A DNA stretch of 64,000 bases. Origin: Octopus vulgaris (Eukaryota). Of this stretch, positions 11,945 to 24,573 are shown piece by piece. The translations under genes were made by a program, and so were the position numbers. A model generated the notes under the pieces. The model did no database searches and was not told the DNA's origin. It saw only the letters and a list, made by a program, of their open reading frames with translations. The stretch's first letter is position 1, and each line of letters opens with the position of its first letter. The DNA lies in the NCBI GenBank assembly GCA_951406725.2, contig OX597828.1, forward strand, positions 186,001-250,000, read 5' to 3'.

Positions 11945-12308
11945 AAAAAAGTTACAAATTACATGAACATATATAAACAGAAGATACAAATATTACAGGC
12001 ATCCCCCACATACACACATTAAATAAACATAAACACACATAGAGATATAAGCATGCGCAAATGAAGACATACAATAGAAATACAAAATGGCTGACGGTTA
12101 GTAAGGAGAGACACAAATAAGTAAGAAGAAAACAAACAAAGGACCACTGATGCGGTCACAGGAGTGTGACGAAAGAACTCTGGCCGAAATAAGATTAAGA
12201 TTAATGTAAAAAATAAATAACACTGAAGCAAAGTAACACCAAATATATAGTGCGTGTGTTTTTATTGGCTAAACTGGCAAAATGACCATTCCGAAATATA
12301 ACAATATC
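11945..12308 (+). mobile_element. Interspersed repeat (PLE pLTR-like), second copy at ~31700-32050
   Basis: About 340 bp shared at high identity between the two loci; it carries a hammerhead-like motif at 12141-12185 and 31886-31930. Confidence 0.65.
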
Positions 12309-12360
12309 TGTTTCAACACACGACTTCACATAAAAAATCTTGCACAACAAATATTTAAAC

Positions 12361-12502
<142 letters not shown>

Positions 12503-13902
12503 TTGTGTGTGTGAGAGAGAGAGAGAGAGAGAGTGTGTGTGTGTGTGTGTTCTAAACAAATCTGTCCGACGAACGGGAACGTGAAACTCTGAGTAACAGT
12601 TTTTGTGATATTTTTGCTGGTTTTTAATAAAGTATATGTATATAAACGGGAAAATACGTCCATATAGAGATAAGATGTTCCAGAGGACACAGTATTAGAT
12701 GGGTTATTTATTCCCCCATCATCGTAGCTTCGCCATTTCCTTGTGCTTGTAGATCCTTGTGTTTATGGATCCGTTGTGCCTTAATCCCTTCCATTGGAAA
12801 TCGCATACTGTACCATTCATGCGCGTTATTTCTGCCTCAGACCTATCATTCTTTTTCTTACGGAGAGAACTTTGATCGATTTCTGTAGCAAATTAGATTG
12901 GTTTGCAATGTCCTGAGGTCAGCCCTTCTCATAACTAAATGTTCAGCTCTTAAAGTCCTCAAGTGTTTAGCATGCATTTATATATTTTTCTGTTTATGCA
13001 TCGGACATGAGTGCCACTACTCACCTCACAATCGATCTAAGTAGTGGATCATTACAGAAACCAAAGGATGAGTCCAGACTCGCGTCAATATAGCGTTTGG
13101 CCTTAGCTCTGTCTCGGATCCCAGAACTCATGAGGCCCGACACCAAATTTCTATCGCAAGTAAGTAATCGAGATCGCAACACTCTCCTGTAACCACACCA
13201 ACCCTGAATAGGACGTCTTTCTATCGCAATATTAACTTCCCTGCTATTCTTGGACGCTATTTACAGCTAAGTCAACTGAAGCAACGTGAAATGATGTATT
13301 TTGCACAAGCATGCAACCCTCCACTCAGTTTTGGAATTGAAACAACTATCTTACAATCGTAACACCTCCAGCCTCTGCGCCAAGCACCTTCACGTTAAAT
13401 GGGAACCCTTTCATAAATGAAAGAAACAACCTCCACATAAATCAACGAAGAATCCTCTATAAAAACTTACAGGAGCAGCCCCTACACAAGCAGGTACAAT
13501 GGCTAGCAGAGGACCTCTTCCAACACGATTCAAGAAAGCTTCTTTTGTAGTTAATTAATTGATCTCATTATGAGGGGGCAAATTATTACAGAATCGGTAG
13601 AGCAATCAATGACACGTTTGTGGCGTTAGTTACATTCCTTTACGTACTGATACAAGGGTGGCAGATTCGTTAGAGTGCCGGATAAAATGTTTAGCTGTAT
13701 TTCTTTCGATTCATTAAGCTCGGAGTTTAAACTCCGCCAAAGTCAACTTTGGTTTTGATACTTTTGACGTTGAGAAAGTAAATACTAGTTGAGCACTGGG
13801 GTGGGGTGGGGGATCTAATCAATTTTTTTTCTTCCCATCAGAATAACTTGCTTTGTGCCCCAAACAAGACGGAATAATAATTCAAAAATTTTGTCTTTTC
13901 AG

Positions 13903-14133
13903 ATTCACGAAAGTTATAAGAATTTGCAAATACGAAGCTCTTTGGAACCACATATTTTCTGGTTGGCTGACAATGCGTACCAAAAAATGCGAGAGACCGG
14001 CCGAGTGCAGTGCATTCTGGTTAGCGGTCTATCTGGTTCCGGTAAAACGGAAAGTACAAAACACATGATCCGACACATCTCTAAACAGAGTACATCCAGT
14101 AGCCAACAACAGTTGGCCAATAAAATCACCGAG
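13903..14133 (+). CDS. Myosin exon B with P-loop (PHIFWLADNAYQKM..QCILVSGLSGSGKTESTK)
   Basis: ttttcAG / GTaaat, 231 nt, phase 0-0. Confidence 0.95.
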
Positions 14134-15013
14134 GTAAATTAACAGAGGCTTTTTTTTACAAAATTGCGTTCAAGTTTCTCCTTGTCCACGTTTTCGGGAT
14201 CGGGGCTGTTTGCAACATTAACCGACAAGGACTTAATTTTATCAACAACCGTATTCGCTTCAGTGGTCACAGGGTGGGAGCTCGCAAAGGTCACGGCTTT
14301 CCTCTCGTCTTCCTCCTCCCTTCTTCCTCTCTGCCTCTTCAAATTAAAGAATAAAATAAATATACCTATATATTTGCGTGTGTGTGTTATTGCATTTACG
14401 TACATGTATTCATTTTCACAGACAGAGGGAGATGAGGTTGCACACATACAGGCACATATACAAAACTAAACATAAAGATAGATAACAGAAATATATGTGC
14501 ATTCGTGCACACACACACACAACAGCGGGGCAGGGACTACCAACAGAATCTGCGCCATATCAACCATGCTAGACTCAACAGCATTAATTGGAACTCTTCC
14601 TCACACTCCGTCTCTCGATTTGATCGATAGCCGTTGATTCCTTATTAAGTTCATGTGCCATAATTAAACAAGCTTTTCGAAACGTTTCAAGCTGTCGCAT
14701 TTTGGACACACCAAGGCGATGTCGTGGAGGAGTGTTGCCTGTTTGCCGGTTTAGTCACTAACGAACCGATTATAAAACAAGTTGTATTGGCTTACACAAT
14801 TCCCAGTGATAAGCCATTTTGCAGTGTACCCCTGCAATAAAGAAGGACCTCAATACAAGTGTTGGAATCTAACTACTCCCCCTGTTCTTAACAGGGCATA
14901 AGAAAATAAATTAAATTGGTTTTGAAAGAAAATGTAGAAAATCCTGCAGGGTATATTTTTTGAATTTGCAGAAAGAACTGAATGTCATTAATTTTTATTC
15001 TTCTATTAAACAG

Positions 15014-15128
15014 GTCAACCCTCTTTTGGAAGCTTTTGGTAATGCCAAGACAATCATGAATGACAACTCCAGCAGGTTTGGTAAATATCTCGAGATGAAA
15101 TTTACGCAGGAAGGAAACCTCATTGGTG
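15014..15128 (+). CDS. Myosin exon C with switch I ([27 protein letters not shown])
   Basis: aacAG / GTaggt, phase 0-1. Confidence 0.95.
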
Positions 15129-15193
15129 GTAGGTGTCACATTAACATGCATATATGCGAACGTAAACATACACGTATACATACACACATATAT

Positions 15194-15608
15194 AACAAAT
15201 TAAAAGGGTGGCTTATTAGCAATTAGAACCTAATGGCAAAATTAATAGAAGTCAGAAAAGTGACGGGGAGTACTGGTCAGCACTGCTTATGCTAAAATAA
15301 GTTAAATTAACACTAAAGACAATAAGGCACTATATTTAATGACTGATAAAGGGAGGTAAGACCCTAGCGTAGATAGCCGAATTGCAATTTCGAATGTTGA
15401 TGTAGAACACCTTGACTCTCATCAGCGGCTCTTAACGCCCAGGCTTAAGCTGAACTTCCCTTGTCCATCTCATAAGAAACAGTTGAAATCATATGCTGAT
15501 TTTCAAAGCAATGAAAGTGTAAGCAACAAATTAAAAGAGTGGCTTATTAAACTGAATTAATTTTGCCTTTAGGTTCTAATTGCTAATAAGCCATCCTTTT
15601 AATTTGTT
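15194..15608. mobile_element. Short PLE-derived element with inverted termini and an internal hammerhead
   Basis: 15194-15245 is the reverse complement of 15557-15608, with a partial direct copy at 15525-15549 and a hammerhead at 15375-15430. Confidence 0.65.
15375..15430 (-). ncRNA. Type I hammerhead ribozyme motif, canonical core
   Basis: AGCCG-CTGATGA-GAGTCAAGGTGT-TCT-ACATCAACATTC-GAAA-TTGCAA-TT-CGGCT. Perfect 5-bp stem I, palindromic stem III, AUU cleavage triplet. Confidence 0.75.
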
Positions 15609-15621
15609 GTTTACACTTATA

Positions 15622-16016
15622 GGCGTAGGAGTGGCTGTGTGGTAAGTAGCTTGCTTACCGACCACATGGTTCCGGGTTCAGTCCCACTACGTGACACCTT
15701 GGGCAAGTATCTTCTACTATAGCCTCGGGCCGACCAAAGCCTTGTGAGTGGATTTGGTAGACGGAAACTGAAAGAAGCCCGTCGTATATATGTATATGTA
15801 TGTGTGTGTATGTGTTTGTGTGTCTGTGTTTGTCCCCCAACATCGTTTGACAACCGATGCTGGTGTGTTTACGTCCCCGTAACTTAGCCGTTCGGCAATA
15901 GAATAAGTACTAGGCTTACAAAGAATAAATCCTGAGGTCGATATGTTCGACTAAAGGTGGTGCTCCAGCATGGCCACAGTCAAATGACTGAAACAAGTCA
16001 AAGAGTAAAAGAGTAG
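15622..16016 (+). mobile_element. tRNA-derived SINE with (GAGTAAAA)n tail
   Basis: Head GGCGTAGGAGTGGCTGTGTGGTAAG..GGTTCAGTCCC. The same family occurs at 27819-28202 (-) and as decayed copies at ~50310-50480, ~53080-53270 and ~56680-57085. Confidence 0.8.
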
Positions 16017-17038
16017 AGATATGTATAATATTCTTATTTATTATATTATAGTATAATTATATCATAATGTTAATAAATTTAAAATAGGTCATCGTATATC
16101 TCAACTTTCTTTTAATCTTAATACATTGAAAACATACAATTTTGGGTTGTGATAAATTTTTCTGTACAATATTGTGGTATTCAACTGAAGAACAAATGGA
16201 AAATAGGATGTTTTCCATCCATTTAAAGGAAACTTTACCATTGCAGGTAATATCCAACCAAACTTCACAGTTTGCCCCATCTGCCAGTGCAAAAACAAAT
16301 CCTGTACAAGAACGATTAAATAAAGAAAATTTATTTATCGAAAAATACAGACCACTCCTAAAAATGAACGCATAACCGACTTTGGTCTTAGTATATATTT
16401 TAATCCATGATCACACACCCATCACTGTACATATTCCATGTCAATACTTTAGCTTTGAGATTTTGTATATTTATTTATCTCCCCCCCACCACCACCACCA
16501 CACTAAAAACATATGCAACTACCTCCCCCGTCCCGAATATTAACGATCACTAATTATCTTCCCTGAGATTTTTCTACTTGTTGATTCATTCACAAACTTC
16601 CTTCCAAGAACATGGACTAAAATCTTCTTGAGATAATACGAAATTGCAATAATCTCATTTTTTATTCTGCTCTCAGATATATGTATGAATGCGTGTATGT
16701 ACGATGTGTGAGTGTGTGTGTGATTAAAAGCTTGCATATGACAGAAGCTACACGATGTAATATATATGTGTGAAAATTTGGATATATAAGATATCATAAG
16801 GTGGCGAATTGGTATAGTTGATAGATCGTGATACAGAATGCCACACATCATTTGTTCCGAATCTTTGTGTTGTAAGTTCAAATCTCTCCGATACCAACTT
16901 TACTTTTCGGGACCGATAAAATAAAATAGCAGTCAGGTAACTCTCAATCGATGTTTTCGTGTATATGAAGACGCTGAAAAATCCTGATCTTGAGCCTAAA
17001 TAAAAAGCGACACCTATATGTTGTTTTATGTATTTCAG

Positions 17039-17186
17039 CCCAAATTCAGGATTTCTTGCTGGAGAAGACACGCGTTATTCAACAAAGCTGTAGAGAAAAG
17101 AACTTTCATATATTTTACTACATGTTTGCTGGAATGACAAACAACGAACTGAGTGATTATTTTCTCAAATCACCGGAAGATTTCAG
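17039..17186 (+). CDS. Myosin exon D (AQIQDFLLEKTRVIQQSCREKNFHIFYYMFAG..)
   Basis: tttcAG / GTttgt, phase 1-2, LLEK.RV and E.NFHIFY motifs. Confidence 0.95.
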
Positions 17187-17246
17187 GTTTGTAATTCAAT
17201 ATTACCTCTCTAATTAGATTTCCCATTTTTTCTCCCTATGTATACA

Positions 17247-17292
<46 letters not shown>

Positions 17293-17492
17293 TTAAGTAC
17301 AAGTCAAATACTAGTGTTGATATAATCGGCTAAAAATGGGTGACACCATCCATCACTACCATTATCATCATCACATTCATAATCAATGATGCAAGCTGGC
17401 AGAACTTTTAGCACATAAGGCAAAATAATTATTGTTGTTGATGTTGTTGTTGTTATTATTTATTTATTTATTTATCTATTTCTTTATTATAG

Positions 17493-17613
17493 AATCCTCC
17501 ATAATGAAAACAAGAAACAACCCATCTACGGCGGGATCGAAGACTTCGAACACAACAAATTCATGTTCCATAAACAACTGACTTTGCTAAAAGTGGTGGG
17601 ATTCACTGATTGG
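17493..17613 (+). CDS. Myosin exon E (RILHNENKKQPIYGGIEDFEHNKFMFHKQLTLLKVVGFTDW)
   Basis: ttatAG / GTaaga, phase 2-0 matching its neighbours, ..vGF motif. Not in the ORF track. Confidence 0.85.
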
Positions 17614-17846
17614 GTAAGATTGGGGATCACTGGTGTTGTTGATGCTGTTGTTTAGCCCTGGGTCAGGATTTTGCGAGTAGACCTGTTTTGAAAGATATTT
17701 GAGCAGGAACTCCAGCCGTTACGTTTATATTCGTACATAGTATATCTAGGACTACATTACAAAATGTGTAATTGACAGCACTCCTGTTCTAAAACATGTA
17801 ACCTTGTGCCTATGTTAAACTTAGCAGTAGCAGTAGCAGCAGCATC

Positions 17847-17912
<66 letters not shown>

Positions 17913-18344
17913 TGCTGGTGTTGTTGATGTTATTGTTGTTTAGCCGTAAGTTATCCTTCATTCATACCAATTATCAACAATGTTCCAGCCATGACCATCT
18001 TGGTGATTTTTAGACAATCAATATCTAGGACTGCATTATACAATGTATCTTTTAAGATGTAGCAGATCAAGCAACCTTATAAAGGCAATTAGTTGTCTCG
18101 CTGACGTTGATACTGTGGACTGACAGAATCGGTAGAGCAGCGAACAAAATAGTTTGCGGTATTCCTTTGCGCTCGTTTCTCGTTCGTGCAAATCCCAACA
18201 AAGACAACTTTACCGTTTAGCCTTCCAAGTGAAAATCCAATAAAATGAAGTACAAGTCAAGTACTGGAATGAATGTAAAGTAATGCTGGAGTGTATATCT
18301 TCGCCTGTTACTTGCCCACAAAATATGAGGCATTGGGACTGTGC

Positions 18345-18413
<69 letters not shown>

Positions 18414-18508
18414 TGTGTGAGTGAGTGAGTGTGTGCGTGTGAGGTATTAGAAATCAAAGCCGATTTTACTGTTTTGATTGATGTTATTTTTGTTTTGACC
18501 CCACACAG

Positions 18509-18626
18509 GAAATCTCCATAATTTTCACTTTACTCGCCTCTGTCCTCCATATTACCAATATCTCATTCTCCAAAGTCGAAGACACTGATTCTGTGACTAT
18601 TGCAGACAGAATGTCTTTACATCACG
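18509..18626 (+). CDS. Myosin exon F (EISIIFTLLASVLHITNISF..)
   Basis: cacAG / GTaagc, phase 0-1, LA.vLH..Ni.F motif. Confidence 0.9.
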
Positions 18627-20662
18627 GTAAGCTTTTCTATTATGTTTTTATTTTATTTTATTTATCCCTCTTGTAGATTTGCTGTATTTGTTTCTTTAGT
18701 GAAAAAACGAGAGAAAAACGATTCATTGGTAGTATCGGGAGAGTAACCGAAAACAATGTCTTTCCGTATTTCTTTTGACTCTTGAAATCTGGTCTTCAAA
18801 TTCTGAAGTTAAATTTATCCTTTCGGGAACCGATAAAATAATGTACCATTGATGCACTGGGGTCGATGGTACCGACCCACACCCATTCCTCAAATTTGCT
18901 GCTTTCATACCCCTAAATTTAAAAATCGTTATAGTAGTAGTAGAAGTAGCAGCAGCAGCAGTATAGGGGAATACGCTGTGACAGTGAGTCGCTGCATCCA
19001 CCATTTGTTGGTGACTCCCTATTCTTGGCGGATGACACCTTTGCACCACTGAAGCAACACCCCTCTAACCCACTGGTCTGCTCGGGGTAGTCATTACCAG
19101 TGAGAGTTTTATGAGGTTGAAGCACAGATCCTACCTCAACCTCTTTTAGTCGCCTTCATGACATGCAGAAGAATTGTTGGGTCTATTCTTTGGCATGCCG
19201 GTTCCCACACAGCACTAAAGTAACGTGAAATGAAGTGATTTGTTCAACTGCTTAACACACTGCCCGGTCCGGAAATCGAAACCACTGTCCGGAGATCATG
19301 AGTTCACCACTCGGCCACGCACCTTTATATAAAAAAGATTAGAATTTAAATCTAATGTGCAGAGGTGTACTTTAAAGGTCATAGGCGTCGCTCTAATACT
19401 GGGAGGTGGCGAGTGAGGGTTGATGTAACTGGCTAATTGCCTTACATCAAATTTGATGGCCTTGTGTCTAAATTAGAAGCAATTCGGATTTTAGAAGACT
19501 TAATCCAAATACAGAAGACGATCAGCCTGGGATTAGGAAGAAGTGTTGTGTGTGTGTATGCATTTAGATGCATCTGTGTGTGTGTGTTTGTGTAAGTTCA
19601 AGGCCTCAAATCTTCGAGGAGAGTCAATTTACTCCACCCCAGCATTCAATTGAGTCTTATTTTACTGACTCCGAAACGATGAAAGGCAAAGTTGACTTCG
19701 GAGGAATTTCAATTCAGATCGTAAAGCCGGAAAAAATGCCGCTAAGCCTTTTATCCGGCACGCTAACGATATCTCACACCGACTTGGTTTTTGTCTCATT
19801 TTGTTTAACATTTACACTCTCACACACGACCTGCATTGGATTGCTCATACTATCATCGAACGGGGAGTCTAACAGCGGTCCTTCCGCAGCATTTACATAG
19901 CCTTACCTGCCTTTTGGGTCTTCTGGATTCCAAAACATTCTCTCTCTCTATCTATCTATCTCTTTCTCTCTCTCTCTTTCTCTTTCTCTCTCTCTCTTTC
20001 TCTCTCACACACACACATATATATATATAAAGACATAATAATGAAGAATAGAAGTTTGTAGATCTTTAAATCTTATTTGATAAAAACCATTTTCTTAACA
20101 TTACATTGTGACATGTGTTTCTGCTGGGTCGGTGTTTTCGGTTGGTTTGATATAATAGCTTTGTGCATTTGTATTAAGTCGATCGTAGTACACGTTCTAA
20201 TCCAAAAGTTAACAACCCTATACAGCTTTATTCAAGGTGGGTGAATACTGGATCTTACCAGAGCGTTAGTAGGCTATCATCCTGCATTTACAATACATGT
20301 TTCCTTGTAAACGCAACATTAGCATATTGTATATTTTTATTATTTTTTTTTTGTTTCGTTTAATCTCTATTTTATGTCATTTCATCCTTACATACCAGCT
20401 GTAAATGTATTACTTTTTCAAGAAGTCATCTTCGTTTATGTGTACGTCTCAACATCTTCACAAAAATATACAATATTGGTGATACCTTCAGCTACATCCC
20501 ATACTGACACTCATAGCTGTTATGTTCCCTTACTCGACCGTCTTGCAGAATATTGACTTATTGAAAAACACTAAAACATTTGTTTTCCATTTTGATTTCC
20601 CTTCAGTAGTTTCTACGCATCTGTAAAGTAATAACAATATTATTATCATTTTTATCCTGCAG

Positions 20663-20734
20663 TTTGTAAGCTGATGAGTTTGCAAGAAGACAATTTTGAA
20701 GAGGCTCTTCTTACAAATGCGTCGTTCACAAGAG
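20663..20734 (+). CDS. Myosin exon G (VCKLMSLQEDNFEEALLTNASFTR)
   Basis: ctgcAG / GTaagt, phase 1-1. Confidence 0.87.
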
Positions 20735-21167
20735 GTAAGTGTCTTTATATAAATCTAGATATTCATCCACCTCACTGCAATCTGTTTATTTATATATTTC
20801 TATGTCAGCCTCTCTCTTAATAAATAATGTATCTTTCTGTCTATCTGTACGGACGTGATGCATATAGGCATGTGTTTATGTATGTGTGTGTGGGGAGTGG
20901 GTGTTATAGGTGTAAATATATCATCAGCTATGACGACGATAACAATGAGGAAGAGTGTGAGGAAAAGATTAAAGATGACCACTTTGACCCAGTTAACTAC
21001 TTTGACGACGACGTCGACGGCGATGGTAATGAGGAGGAAGAGGAGGAGGGGGAGGAGAGGAGGAGGTTGACGACTTTCCATTCTAACAATGGTCACCGAT
21101 GACGATAATAATTAATTTCAATGCCGATGATGATGATGTCTTTACGTCGTTTTATCTTTGTCTTTAG

Positions 21168-21306
21168 ATGAAAAAGTGATCAAGAACAAGACTCTCTTCG
21201 AAGCCACAGACGGTCGTGATGCGTTAGCCAAGGTCTTATACGCCAGACTCTTTGGTTGGATCGTACGTCAAGTGAACGTCCGCTTGGGAGCGCTCATTCA
21301 ATACAA
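21168..21306 (+). CDS. Myosin exon H (..ATDGRDALAKVLYARLFGWIVRQVN..)
   Basis: ctttAG / GTaagt, phase 1-2, RDALAK.LY.RLF.WIV motif. Confidence 0.95.
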
Positions 21307-21697
21307 GTAAGTCTATAAGCACTCTTAAAGATTTCCTTATTATTCTTTTATATCTGTTTTAAACTCTCTTTCTATATTGTAATGCGGCCAGGCTCCGGAC
21401 TGTTGAGAGTCAACACCTAATTTCATAGAATATGAAACCGGTTTGGTTTAGTTGGACAATACTTGATACTGAAACGAATGTAGTTTGGTGCTCCCTAACA
21501 AATCTTGCAATTTACTGCCAGTATATGTGTGCATTGGGCGGTCGGTTATTAGAATCGTTACAACATCGTGGTGTTTGGGCTTTTCACGTTCTAAGTTGAA
21601 ATCTCGCCGAAGTATAAAATTGGTTGGCGGTCAATCCCTGTGGATCGATTTCAGCAATTTTTACCTCTCTCCAAACGATTTTATACTTTTCTTATAA

Positions 21698-21762
<65 letters not shown>

Positions 21763-21803
21763 CACCACCACCACCACCACCACCACCACCACCACCACCA
21801 CCT

Positions 21804-21897
<94 letters not shown>

Positions 21898-21917
21898 CTG
21901 TGTTTATCGTTTGGCAG

Positions 21918-22143
21918 AGACAAAGATTTGTCGGCAGTGGCTATATTGGACATGTCTGGATTCGAGAATGCCAAAGTGAACAGTTTCGAGCAGCTGTGTA
22001 TCAATGTGGCCAATGAGCAGCTTCAATCATACTTCAATGATCACGTGTTCGTTTTTGAACAGCAACAGTATAAAAAGGAACGTATACCATGGAATAACAT
22101 AACCTTCCAGAATAACGACGACATGTTGGATATGTTTCTAGCA
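21918..22143 (+). CDS. Myosin exon I with switch II and relay helix (ILDMSGFENAKVNSFEQLCINVANEQLQ..)
   Basis: ggcAG / GTgagt, phase 2-0. Confidence 0.95.
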
Positions 22144-23685
22144 GTGAGTATACCGTTATACATATATATATATATATATCTTACGCATTGTGTGTGTGTG
22201 CGTATACATGTATAGTCATGTATGTGTATAATTGTTAAAAATTTGTGAGTTTTAACAAGGCACTCATATACTAGGTAATGATGTGGATATATTATTGCTA
22301 TTATTATTGTTGTTGTTGCTGTTGTTATGTATATCGTATAGTCTCGTGATAGTCAAATTGTCAATATGGTGTGGACTTGTTACCATTGGAGCCCTTCGGG
22401 CCCCCAGTGGCAAAAAGCAATTGCTTTAAATTGTACAATGTCCTTATATTTATATTCCTAATCATAGCCTACACCACGTAAACGTCGACATTAATTTCTA
22501 CATATACATGCAGACTCAGTGTCTTTGAAGGATGAACTTTCTGTTGGCGCCATTACGAAACACGTAGATATACTACCGTGAGATGTCTCCGTGTGACAAA
22601 CCCGTATTTAGTCGTTCCATATATCTCAGATTTCAAGTCCGCCAACATCAACATTGCCTTTTATTCTTTCGGAGTCAATACAGGAATTATTAGTCCAGGG
22701 CTATGAATCGGTGAACTTTTGACAGCGTCGGAGCAGACGGCTTCCAGTCTTTGTATTGGTCGTTTGCTTTTGACATCAATTTTATCTCTTACTAACAACC
22801 ACTTCTTTCTACACTCTCGTTATTACATACACACTCTCTTTGTCATTCTCTCTCTCTCTATCTCTCTCTCGTTCTCCCTGCTTTATTTTTTTTACTCTAT
22901 TGCCCCTTCTCTCTCTCTCTTTCCCCCATAACTTTCCGATAGTTTCTACTTTCCACTATTTTTTCTCACTACCGCTCTCATATTGTCTGACTCCTCTCAC
23001 ATTCACAGACATACACTCTTTCACTCCCTCTCTCGTATTCTCTTTATATATGCCTTTCGATCTTTCTGTCTATCTCCTCTAACATCATTCCTCTGTTCTC
23101 GGTTGACACATTTCCACTTTTTCCAATATTTCACCAAAGTTGTTAGTCGCTTATTCATCATTTCACTACAACACAAGCAATATGACTTAAAGAAGTGAAA
23201 AGAAATAATTCAACAAACACCACAATACATCTTAGAGAGAGAGTGAGAGACAGGAGAAGAAAGGAAAAAGTAAAGAGACGCAAAAGCTATTGAAAGAGGG
23301 AGGAGTGGGGAATATGAAAAAAGGGGGCTAGGGGTTAAGAAGAGAGAGGGGGGATAATGCTTTGTAACTTACATGTGACATCATTGATTCCGTGGCGGAT
23401 ACAAACGATGATTGATATCAATAAACTTTTAACACAAATTATAATAATAAAATCTTGTGGTTTAAAATTAAGAACCAGCATTTACTTAATTAAGAGTCAT
23501 ACATACATACGTACGTACTCGTACGTATGTATGTATGTCTGTATCTATCTATGTCCTGGGTATGGCATTAACCTGCGAGGGGCATAGAGTCACCCCTTAC
23601 CATTACTCGCAGGTCCGTTTATTATACTATCCTCAGTAGATCTTCACATCGGTAAATTCATTATATATATATATATATATATATA

Positions 23686-24523
23686 TAAGTAAATAAATGG
23701 AGTTGAACGCAGATGTTATTAAAATTCTTTTACTTTCGACATATGTTTCGAAGACAACATTGGTTTATTCCAAAGGAATAAACGGTGTAAATGCAATCTT
23801 CTCATCAGGAAAGAAAGGGAGCCTATCTCAACAACAAGACATTATAACAATTACGATGGCTGCATAAATGATAAACAAAACGTTATTAAGTATTTAAAAA
23901 AAAAAGCTGTTAGTAGATTCGACGTCAAAGGCAGATACTAGAAAGAGAAGGGTTAAAGAAATAATAAGTAGAGAACAAATAAAGGGAGATACGTTGGTTG
24001 AAAAAATGTTCAAAGGCTTAGAAGTAGATTTCTCTATTGAAGTAAAGTGTAATTTAAACTAACTGTTCAAAATATAAAGACTGGCAAAATCACTTATATG
24101 AGCTAAAGGTATATTTCTGCCAGTGTTTACATTTGTAAGATCGCTCTATAAGTGTGTTAACAAGGTGATTCATAGAGAAGAGAATATGGAAGAGTTCAGA
24201 GTTGCAAATGTTACAAAATCCCTTGCCCTTATCGTAAGGAAAAGATATGGACAGGATGAACCAATCTAACTTAAAATCTTTATTGTTGTCTTTAAGATGC
24301 CAAAGCAATTTACTTAGCCCTGTGCTATGACGTTTACTGCTATGATGACTAATGATTAGAAATTCTCTTAGATAACTGGGAAGAGTATGCGCCAATGTAG
24401 AAGCAGACATCTGTACCGCAAGAAATTTTACACTGGTATATAGAATTCTTGATCCTAGAATTATTAGACATAAATTTAATTCTGTTCGGGTTGTCCTCAG
24501 AGACCAAAACCATGTTTTTATTG

Positions 24524-24525
<2 letters not shown>
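23686..24525 (-). mobile_element. PLE 3' fragment (GIY-YIG C-terminus + pLTR), related to the 4983-8332 element
   Basis: STGLSKLLWHLK..CNICNSELF..ERSYKCKHWQKYTFSSYK closely parallels the 5316-5855 ORF. Its pLTR carries a hammerhead, and an inverted pLTR copy lies at 29230-29553. Confidence 0.85.
23733..23813 (-). ncRNA. Type I hammerhead ribozyme motif, canonical (CUGAUGA/GAAA/GUC)
   Basis: CTTTC-CTGATGA-GAAGATTGCATT...AATGTTGTCTTC-GAAAC-ATAT-GTC-GAAAG. Confidence 0.85.
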
Positions 24526-24568
<43 letters not shown>

Positions 24569-24573
24569 TATTA

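Noticed and set aside
20827-21102. Acidic ORFs (also 45019-45201 and 52180-52240)
   Set aside because: Decayed GAN/GAG simple repeats inside introns, not required by the exon chain.
21640-21917. Poly-Tyr/His or poly-Leu/Pro N-terminal extension of the switch II exon
   Set aside because: It is an intronic trinucleotide repeat; the phase-consistent acceptor is at 21916-21917.
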